A DNA stretch of 64,000 nt from Gnetum montanum (lineage: Eukaryota > Plantae > Gnetophyta). A model generated the notes under the pieces. It had not been told where the DNA came from. It was given only the letters and a program-made list of their open reading frames with translations, and ran no database searches. This document shows, piece after piece, positions 51,794-64,000 of this stretch. Positions within the stretch are counted from its first letter, which is position 1. Each line of letters opens with the position of its first letter. Location: assembly GCA_015680685.1 (NCBI GenBank), contig MNCI01000719.1:117192-181191 (forward strand). The letters are read 5' to 3'. The translations under genes and the position numbers were made by a program.

Positions 51794-54700
51794 TTATTGG
51801 AATTGGAACAAGGTTAGCAAGCCATGTTGAATATTAGATCAGATATATGATTTGGGCTTGTAATAATTTCTTAATCTTAGCTTCCATGGATGGTTTAAAT
51901 GATGGATTGAATTTCTTTAGTTTTTGCTTAATTCTCTTACAACCATCTATCAAAGAAATTTTATGTGTCATCACATTTGGTCTAAAATTTTTAAGATCAT
52001 AAGATTAAGCAATATTTTTCAAATTTTTCTGCAAGAGTGATGATAAATTTTACTTGAAAACTTAATCCTTTTCCTTTGTGACATTTAACATCCTTGGTAT
52101 TTTAGTAGATCCGTGATTCAATGCTTCAAAAGCTTGATCATTTAGATTTTGTATATCTTTTCCAATAAGAAAAATTTTGCTAAACTCATATTTATAATCA
52201 ATCACCTTCTTGGGAATAGAATTTTCCTTAAACCTTGACTTTGTTTCAAGTATGATTTGACCTTTGAATTATTGTTTATTCCTTAAGAATCTAAGCAATT
52301 GTTCATCATATTCAAATACTTGTAAATGTTGTATGTTATTTGGTATGGATGGTTGATGTTCATTCTCAATCATTACTTCATAACTTTCTATTCTTTTCAC
52401 ATCTAATGATGATGCTAATTTTGCTAAATCATCTGCTATATAATTATCCTCTCTACCTATATGTTTTATTTGGTAGTGATGAAACTTATCCAGCATTTTA
52501 CAAACAATCTATTTATATGATCACAAGAATGAACTTTTTACTACACAATTACCTTTAATCTATTCACAAACTACTAATCTTGAGTCTCCTTTTATAGTGA
52601 TTACCTTAATTCCATTTTCCAATGCTATTTTAATTCCAATACTCAAAGCTTCATATTCAGCCTTATTATTAGTACAAGGGAAAGATAGATGAATTGCCTT
52701 GAATATTTTTAGGAAATCATCCTTTAGTAAAAATATCCTAGCTCCTACACCTTTGGAGTTATAAGAACCATCAAAGTATAGTCCCTATTTTCTCTTATCT
52801 TGATATTTCTCTTTTTCCAAATTATTAACTTCTTGAAGTATGCAAATTCTGGTTTCAAAAGCTCTTGTTTCAATAACTTTGTTCTTTCCATTTGAAATAA
52901 TGTTTTCACTGATCAAAGGTTCACTGTATATGTATATTTGATTTGGATCTCATTTCCATGGTAGCCACATATGAGAGTAATCTATTTATATGTAACTAGA
53001 GAAATTTTTACTCCAACTTCTACTCAACAAAAGACTATGTGAATCTGGTATGTCTACCACTTGAATAGTTACTCTACTTTTGATACAGGGTTTATAAGCA
53101 ATTCCTAGTAAAATATTAGGTAACTAACCCACAATCTTCACTCTACTTTTATCCACTTGGACAATTGTTTTATTGGACTTTTCAAAAGTCAAACCAATTT
53201 TTTTGCATATTGACAATGGCATGATAGTAAAGGTAGCTCCAGAATCAACCAAACAATTATGTAGATACTTATCCTTTAACTTAATTATCAAAAGAAAAGA
53301 AGGAGCTTCTTTATCAAGAGTACAATCATAGCTAATTTTTATTGTCTTATCAATTTTAGACATGTAGCTTAACTCTAAATCTCTAATTCTCTTTTTACCC
53401 TTAATCAATTCTAAAGCTTTTCTGTGCTAATCTCCAATCTATAACAATTGATATATGTTAATATTTACCCTAACATGTTTGAGATCTTCAATTAAATCAT
53501 ATTCTACATCTACATAAAAGCATGGTTTCTTCATCCATTTATTAAAAGATTGATTTTAATTAGTTTGTTCTACTTGATCTTCTTTACTTTTATGCTTCTC
53601 TCTTCTACTTGGTTCAAAAATATTTCTCTTAGTAGATGGATCAGAAATGACATTTGGAGGCTTGGGAGTAGTTAATCTTTCTTTTGATCAAAGATTATAT
53701 CCATTTTCCTCATTATTGTTACACTTTTCATCTAATGATATATTTTCTTCAAAACTTAATGAGGAAGTATTACTAAATCCATTGTTAGAAGATTTGCTTA
53801 CATAATGAACACTAGATAACTCATTATCCGATTCAATATCAAGAAAGTTAGACATAATAAGATCATTTTCATTGTCATCTTTTACTAACTTATTCTCTTG
53901 ATGCTTATACGTTCTATTTTTTCTTTTCACCCTTGACTTTAACTCTTGCCAAAGGTTTTTCTAGTTGCACTACTTTGTTGGATAAATCTTTCAGCAACTA
54001 TCCCTTTTTAGATTTTCTATTTTCTAACCCTTGCTCCATCTTTATATAGGATGGACCTAGTAATGCTTTAAGTTGAGCAAAATCTTGCATAGGAATCACC
54101 ATTTTCTCTTCTCTTTTTTGAGTTGTGATAATCTCTTCATTGTTTAAGTTTAGTTGTTTTTCTAATTGTATAGCTTCACTAAAGTAGTCATTCAATGTTA
54201 TCAAGTTTGGAGTTCTCCTTAACTAAATTGAAATATTGGGATTCAAAGCCTTAAGATAAGTATCTCTAAGAATTTTATTTGATGTTCTATATTATCTTTG
54301 AAAGAGCCCACAAATTTGTTAAAACTTCATATTGAAATCTCTAATTGACTCTTTAACTTCTTGTTTAGGTTATAATAGCCTACAATATAGCTATTGTTGA
54401 TCCAATTAATTTCCAAACTAGGCCAAGAAAAGATTTCTCATATCATTCCAACTTGTGATACTGTTGCTTCGCAAGTTTGAATGTCAAATCTGAGCCATAT
54501 CCTTTAAACTTTCTATAAACAATCTACAAGCTTGATCTTGATGTTGAACATTAGCATGAGCTAAAGCTAACTTAAATAAGTGAATGTATTCTTCAGCTAA
54601 GTAAGCTTTTCCAAGAATAAATGGCTTAGGAAAATATTTCTAAACTACCTTAGGAATATCAATGTAGTTTTGAAATCCTAATGGTGTAACTCTTTGCCAA

Positions 54701-55039
54701 GGATTCACCATCCTATTAGAATTCCTTTTGATTGTTGAACTCTTATATTTATTTTATCTTCTCTTATATAGTAATAAACCAGATAGAAGGGGTGATTTCT
54801 TTATCCTTCTAGTCTTTACTCAATTACTTTTTTTAAACTCAAGAACCTTCTTCTATTTTTCTTCTAATGAATAATTAGTCTTATAATCAAGAATTTCTTT
54901 GGAACCTTTGAAATCTTCCAAACTATCAGTCTGTTCAGTCATTAACTTGAAAATAGTAGCTAATTTCATAAACCCTCATAGAAACAAAGAATTTTTGATG
55001 TGCTAGGACCATCAGGCTTATGAACTTAGAGGAAAAATT

Positions 55040-55062
55040 TTCAAGCCCTCCTTCTAGCACCA
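55040..55062 (-). promoter_or_regulatory. Primer-binding site of B, complementary to the tRNA-Asn 3' end
   Basis: The plus strand reads ttcaagccctccttctagcacca, matching my recollection of the plant tRNA-Asn(GUU) 3' end (...CCCTCCTTCTAGCGCCA). It lies 7 nt from the LTR. Confidence 0.7.
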
Positions 55063-55069
55063 AAAGAAT

Positions 55070-57891
55070 TATTGGCGATTATTTGAGACTAGACTACCAA
55101 CGATTCCAAACAGGGTTTAGGTGCTTACTAGTCTCTGGCAGCACTAAGGTCCACATACCTCCAAAGAAACTTAGTAGTTATGAAATGTACTAAATGTGAG
55201 TATGTGTTTGCTGTTGTGAATGTTGGAATGGTTAGGTTATGTATGAAATTGTAATAAGCTATCACAAAAGAGATTTAACTAACTCTGTCAAATATTGTGA
55301 GTTGTTGAAGATTTCTATTTTATTCAATCACTTAGTCTATACAGCCCCTATAGTACATTACTTGTAACAAATAAAATTTTCTAAAAACGTTTGAGCAAAA
55401 TTCTGCCGATCTACTCCTAATTTCCCCTAGAGAGAAAGTTCCATAAGAAAACTAGAAAGAGAGCAAGATTCAATGGTCTTAGAAAGACGAAGAAAAGAAA
55501 GTAGATTTGCATGAAATCTCAAATATTTAAGTAAGATAAATTGATATGAGGAAACACTTCACAATAAGGCTATTCCTAATTCAATAACTACGAATTGTCC
55601 AAACCTTCTGAGCTCAACAAGAAATTTCATAAAGACACTCTTAATATACTACCAAAAAATTGCTACATAAATAACAAAGTGCGACTCTCTATTTTGGACA
55701 GTGAATAGTTATCAAAGATTGCATTCAATAGTGCCTTCAAAAAATTTGACAATTTTAGGATTTAAATACAAAGGCAATATAGTTCAAAATAATGAAGCTA
55801 TTTTAGTTGTGTCAAAATACCAAAGATTTTCTTAGGTTTGCTATGCTCAAAATAGGAAATTTTACTAAGACATTAATATTAAATTTCTCTTGAGGCTTTT
55901 TAACAACATACGCTCTTCTATGGAAAATCTTAATAGGAGTCTAATTTTGCACAAAATAGAGCTATAAAAGCAACCTAGAACAAATCCTAAGATTAAATGC
56001 CAAGCACAATACTATCTAAACCATTAGCTAAGTAACTAAAACAAAATGGGAAAGAATGAACTCATAGAATTAGAACAAAGTAGTCGACTTAATGTCTTTA
56101 GTAAGCCATCTTACAAATAATCTTTGATTGTCTTTTTTCAAATTCACCCCCCCAAAACAACACCACCCCCCNCCCACCCCCTGCTTTCCTACTACCTTAG
56201 AAGGTCTTTTTATAGTAACCTTAGGGTAGTTACAATAATCATGAGGGGTTAAGGGTATTACAAATATCTAGGAAAAATATAAGCTATGTTTGGCAAGTGT
56301 CCTACACAATAATCTTTTTTTCTCCTTTATAGATTTTTTTCCTTTATATTCATTTAATTGCAAATTATTGTTAAATTTCATATTATACCTTCATTATTAT
56401 ATTAATATTATAGTTTGGCTGATGATAAAGAAAATGCCGTTTTGAAAATAATAACATTTAGCTTATGCCACGTTCCTAATGAGTGTTCTTTACATTTTAA
56501 AAATTTTATTGCATTTTTTGTATTTTTTTTCTTTGTGAAGCTGGCTTGCTATAGGTGTTGATTTTTTGTGCATACACTTGGAATATTGTGTTTTCCTCAT
56601 GAGTAGAAACCCTTCCCATGCTTCATGATCTACTACATTGTTGGCACCAGCTAGCCATTCCTTTCACATGCAATCTCTATTGCTCTTGTTGTTGATGGAT
56701 GTCTCTAGGTATGGCTTGGCTGTTATTTTAGTTGCAACCATTGAAGGCATGTTGCTTAAGAAAACATGATCTTATGCTTTGGTTCTCTAAGAACCCCTAT
56801 CTCTGATGTTGCCGTGCTCCATGCAAGAGGAAAAATGTTGATGGCAGTGCTAGTGCAGTGGTTAGGGAATTAGAAATGACCATCATTATGATGAGTTGTG
56901 GGACTTAAAAGGTTTTTAATTCTACTGTAGTTGCCACAATTGTGTCCATTGCACTTGCTACCACATGAGTCTTCTCCACCAAAGGCATACACGTTCAAAT
57001 TTATCATTAGGTGCCGAATGGTGTAGAGACAAGTTGTAGTTGTAGAATTCGACACCTAAGTCAAGTTTCTTTTCTTCTTGCTTACAACATGCTCGTGAGG
57101 TAGGGCCTCCACGATGATGCCGTTGGGATTTTTATTTTGCCTTTCTATAGGTTTTTCTTTGTAGAATATTACTAGAATTTTTCCAACGTGCAGCAAGGCT
57201 ACCCAATGTTTGATAAAAATTTTACTTTTGAAATAGTCTAACTATTAATTCAATTCATTCAATTTTGATGAAACTTCCTATGAGCATTTTTGAAACTTTT
57301 GCTTTACTCTTTCTAGGGATTTTATTGTTGAAACATATTTGATAAATTTCTACCTCAATACTATACATTATTTTGACCATTGGCAGCAACAATACTTTTA
57401 GTGATTGAATTTGGAACAAAATTATGATGTGTTGGCTTAATTATGAAATCTATAAAGGTAAACACTAGATTAGTGTGTACCCTAATTGATTTCAAAACTT
57501 GCAGTTACTTAACATGTAAAGATGCAAATGCTATAGGTCATTGAATCATTGGCATCCTCTAAAATAGTACACTAGCAAATTCTCATGGGTTTTACCATAT
57601 AAAATATTTTATTTGATCAAGAGGAAGTATCCTTAGATTTTTGTTGTCTAACTAGTATCAAACATTGCTTCTTTAGTGTCCTCTTTTCTTTTTCACTAAT
57701 TTTGCCAATATCAAATCACAACATTTACAATGCAAGAATTTTTTGCTTACATTTATCTTGATACTGTCTTGTAGATATAATCACAAATACTGTTTCACTC
57801 CTTTTGTGCATATTGCTATGCCTCTTATGGAATTTTATCTATATATATTTTCTTAATTGCTACTTCATAGAATGGCATAAATGTAACAATA
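55070..57891 (-). repeat. Element B 5' LTR
   Basis: Collinear with 28228-30472 plus ~560 extra bp at ~56435-56990; terminal dinucleotides have decayed to TA. Confidence 0.88.
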
Positions 57892-59044
57892 GTTAGAAGT
57901 TCAAAGGAGGTAAAAGAATGGATAAATATTATATACCTTTATCAATTCCCAAAGGTCCATGGAAAAGTATGTCTATGGATTTTGTGAGTGGTATTCCAAA
58001 AACAAAAGGTGGAAATGATGCAATTTTTGTTGTTGTAGATATATTCTCTAAGATGGCACATTTTATTCCATGCAATAAGATGAGTGATGCTTCTCATGTT
58101 ACGAATTTGTTTCTCCAACATGTTATGAAGTTGCATGAATTCCTTTGAATATTGTTAGTGAAAAAGACTCCAAATTTACAAGTCATTTTTGGAGGTTCCT
58201 CTGGAAAATTTTAGGGACAAAGTTAAAATTTTTCTAGTGCATATCATTCACAATTTGATGGTCAAATGGACGTGGTGAATAAATCCTTGCTAAACATATT
58301 GGGATGTTTATGTGATGAACAGTCAAATAGGTGGAATATTGTGTCATGATGAGTTTTCATACAATAATGCTTTTCATGTTAGTATTGACAAAAGCCCATT
58401 TGAGGTGAACTATGGGTTTTTCCAAAGATAGTGGATACTTTGAAGAGCTTCAAAGGTGAAACTCAACTTAGTGTTGATTTTATGCAAGAGATGAGGAATC
58501 TGCATGCACGAGTAAAATTAAATCTTGAGAAGAAGGCTTAAAAAAAAGTCCTATAAGGGAATGAAGATAAATGAAAGCCTAATTTTTTTGTAGGTAACTT
58601 GGTTTGGGTACACTTAAAGAAGAAGTAGTTGAAAGGTGTTAACATCTACAAATTAAAAGCCAAGAACATGGGACCTTTCAAAATCAAGGCTGAGATTAAT
58701 GATAATGCTTTTAAGATTGATTTATGAAATGATCTTGGTATGTCTTTTGTGTTTAATGTTTCAAATCTTGTGCACCATCATGGACTAGTTGGTGAAGGCC
58801 ATACAAGGTAGCATCAATGAGTTGAGAGGGCTATTGATCAGTCCAAGCCTTTAATGGAGAGGAAGGTAATTGTACTCAAGTCAAGGAAATCTTCTAGTAC
58901 TTAGGGAGTAAAGAGGCATGAGTACTTTATTTATTAGAAAGATTAATCTATGAATGATGCTGTATGAATCTATGAGATCAAACTTCATGAGTGGGGGATC
59001 ATTTTAATTTCTAATCCCTTGTTCACCTAAGTGGATGGAAGAGT

Positions 59045-60963
<1,919 letters not shown>

Positions 60964-62085
60964 ACACATGGTATGTTACTTGTTAAAATTATTTTATGGG
61001 TTGAAACAATCCCTTAGTATGTGGAATAAGACATTTGATTCTTGCATGATAAGGTTTGGTTTTGTAAGGGTTAATAGTGACTCGTAGATTTAACTAAAGA
61101 AAGATTCACAAACCTTTTTGATACTACCATTGTATGTTGATGATATGTTAATAGTAGGAAATAATATGTAAGAGATTATTAAGCTAAAATATTAGCTATC
61201 CTCTCACTTTGAGATGAAGGATATGGGAGTTACAAGAAAAATCTTAGACATAGAAATTAAAAGAGATTAAAAAGGCTAAAAGCTATGGCTTGGTCAACTT
61301 GCATATGTTAATAAAATTTTAGCAAAAAAATAATATGTAGTATTGTAATTCAAAAAACACTTCATTGTCTATGGACATAAAAGTATCCATGGAGCAATGC
61401 TTTGGAATAGTTGAAGAAATGGAGAAAATGAATAAAGTCCCATATGCTATAGGCAACATCATGCACACAGTGGTTTGTATTAGGCTTGATATTATATATC
61501 CAGTGAGCACTATAAGTAGGTTTATGTCTAATCCTAGTAAAGAATATTGGATGGCTGTTAAAGTAGTTTTTAGGTATCTTCAAGGTACTATTAATTTTGC
61601 CATCTCTTACATCAAAAGTTCCTTTGGATCACATGGCTTTGTGAATGTAGATTAAGGAGCTAATCTAGATCAGCAAAAATCAATAAGTGGATATGTTTTT
61701 AAAATAAACATAGGTGCAGTTAGTTGGATAAGAAAGAGACAAAGTTGTGTTGCATTATTGATAATAAAAGCATGGTATATAGAAACTTATCAAGCAAGCA
61801 AAGAAGTCTCTATATACCTTGCTTTTAGGGAAGACCAAAAGAAAGTAAACATCTCTTATGATAATCAAAGTGTTATCTTTTTGTTGAAGAATCCTAGGTT
61901 CCATGCAAGGATAAACCACATTAAGATAAACTTTAATTTAATTTGAGAGCATATTTAAAAAGGAAGGATTTCTCTAGTAAAGGTTCCTACATTGGAAAAT
62001 CTAGTGCTCACGTTAACTAAGGCAATTCCCATGAACAAGTTGAACTAGTGAAAAAAAAAGAACTTGGATTGATAAATTATCAAAT
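60964..62085 (+). mobile_element. Ty1/Copia RT-RNase H fragment
   Basis: HMVC..YGLKQS, LYVDDMLIVG (~61129), FEMKDMG, VPYA..IGNIM, KSISGYVF, DNQSVI and INHIKINF; many stops. Confidence 0.9.
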
Positions 62086-63049
62086 GTAATAGTTATTCCT
62101 AGCTTTAATGCTTGAAAATAAATAAGAAGTCAAAGAAATGTAAGGTGTGTTGTTAATTTTAAGTATAAAACACATTAACCTTATAACAGTTACCATGTTA
62201 GCAATTATTCTTAGCATGTTGGCTGAAAATAACAAAAACCAAAGTGTGTAATATGATAAAAAAATATGTAACCATTAACATCCAATTTGGCCATGATTAA
62301 TTCTAGATTATAAGTCCATAATTTGGCTTTTACCCAAAGCATGACATTATGCCCCCTATATTAGCGGATTCTTAGGTGGTCTTAGACATCACAACATCAT
62401 AAATCAAAGGGTGTGTAAAACATAGTTCAAGTTGCAGTCTTTTCCTCATGTGTAAGCTTGATTTAAGCTTGGTGTAAGTCTTGTATCAAGAAGACCTGAA
62501 TTTTCTAAGGCTTGTTAGTAGCTGAAACTATTATTGAATATTTTCTAGGAAATTATGTTGTTTACATTAAAGTTATTTTGTAAATTTCTATTACTTTATA
62601 CTACTACCATTTTCTTATTTACATTTCTTCTACATTAATGATGCATTATGATTAATAATATGTTCATAGGATCTAGTGGGAAAAATGTTTTCAAGTCTTT
62701 ATAAAACGTAGGGGAAAACCTACTAATGATATTGATTAGATTGATTCGTGACAATGAAATACTTGTGGAGGTAGAAATTAGCAAAGATCTTGTAAAAATT
62801 ATCAAGCAAATGTGAATTCTTTGAGATAAGAGTCCCTTTGAATTTAAAACTTAAAAAGTGTTGACTAAAGCTCATTATGCTAAACATTGTTGGAATGCTT
62901 TTGAAGCTAAAAGTGCTCTTACAAAAAGTCATATTAGTTGGCTAAAAATTAAAGATAAAACCTTACAAGGAATTTTTTAAATTTCTAAAAGGAAAGGATT
63001 AAGTACCTAAACTAGAAACACTTTATATAAATGATTTACGTTTATAATT

Positions 63050-64000
63050 TTAAAACTATTAATAGTTTTTTTGGTAAATCAATTTTCTTTTGAAGTTTTT
63101 AGCAAGAAATCCTTCCATGCCTCTAGTACGCATATTCATCATCTTATAACAAAAATACATTGAAGTATTCTTCAATTAGAAATTATAATGGAAGAAATCA
63201 AAACAACTATTTTTATTTTAGCAAATGGTGAAGCTCCAAGATTTGATGGTTTTCCAATTAAATTATTTAAGAAGCATGAGGACATTATTGGAAATGATGT
63301 CTTTCATGTTTTCCAATAAGCTTGTGAAAAATTTTCTCTTAGTAATAGGATTAATAAAGGTGTGATTTTTTTTGTTCCTATGAACAAAGATCTTTAACAT
63401 ATTGGTAATTGTAGGCCTATTACTCTTTATAACAACACCTAAAAAATTTTAGCTAAATGCATGGCTTGTCAAATTTATAAGGTTACAATAGATATCATAA
63501 AACATGAACAAACTAGTTTTGTTAAAGGTAGACATATCCTAAGTAATGTTGCTATAGCTTGAAAAGAAATGTACTTGGCTTTTAAGACTTACTAGGACAT
63601 CACTTTTGTTAAGTTAGATTATGATAAAGCTTATGATAAGATTGAATGGAATTTTGTTATTTATTGTCTCTATAAATTAAGATTTGATTATTATTTTATT
63701 TGTCTTATCCATTTCCTACTCACTAATGCTAATGCTTAAGTTACTACTAATTTTGTATTGAGTTCTTTCTTTTCTCTTAGTGATCAATTTGTAAAGGTTT
63801 TCCTCTAGCTCCCAATCTTTTTATTATTGTTGTAGAATTTCTTTCACATAATTTGTAGTATAATTGACAAATAAATATCATTAAGGGAATTTTAATTAAT
63901 AATAAAGATACACAATTGCATAACATGCACTTTGTAGATGATTTTTTATATGATTAACAATTGTTTGCAATATATCAATACTCTTTTAGCTAGAGTGGAG
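63050..64000 (+). mobile_element. AT-rich degenerate LINE RT fragment, running off the right edge
   Basis: APRFDGFP, NCRPITLYN, EQTSFVKGRHI, KLDYDKAYDKIEW, KGFPLAPNLF and HFVDD. Confidence 0.88.

Larger units (their letters stand above)
28228..57891 (-). mobile_element. Element B: Tat-type Ty3/Gypsy with domain order GAG-PR-extra RNase H-RT-RH-INT, inserted in the integrase of A
   Basis: TSD GTTAG (28223-28227 and 57892-57896). Gag ~54710-54000; protease CLVDSGA in 53124-53408; LYFDGS...TNNKAEYEAL...KGDS at ~52790-52580. RT is split at 51794/33948 (WLANLVP..|VRKKNGDIRLCVDF). Integrase 32870-31796 includes WTGPF. Confidence 0.9.

Noticed and set aside
55040-55062. tRNA-Asn gene
   Set aside because: Only the 3' 23 nt, including encoded CCA, next to an LTR: a PBS.
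62086-63040. Copia 3' LTR
   Set aside because: Plausible by position, but there is no second copy, clear PPT or terminus in the window.

Overview
Eukaryotic (land-plant) nuclear DNA from a gapped draft assembly, read by eye without database searches. It is AT-rich, CG/CHG-depleted and almost entirely decayed transposable elements; most ORF-track entries are TE remnants, N-runs or microsatellites. Left third: the first five exons of a minus-strand SOQ1-like gene (HAD domain) carrying two 1-nt frameshifts. Its introns hold L1 LINE remnants and a tRNA-derived SINE with a 14-bp TSD. Its 5' end abuts a ~4-kb tandem array of ~340-bp palindrome-rich units. 21-61 kb is a resolvable nest of Ty3/Gypsy elements. 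A chromovirus (A, +) hosts a solo LTR (E) and a Tat-type element with an extra RNase H between protease and RT (B, -). B hosts an Athila-like element (C, -), and C hosts a related pol-less element (D, -). Copia and L1 fragments lie at the right end. The most unusual signal is in C and D: each has a 3' accessory ORF preceded by an identically sized 62-nt GT-AG intron ending exactly at the ATG. In C this is also preceded by an internal copy of the LTR promoter module (palindrome plus TATA), suggesting an independently expressed accessory gene. No prokaryotic systems, CRISPR arrays, rRNA or tRNA genes were seen.
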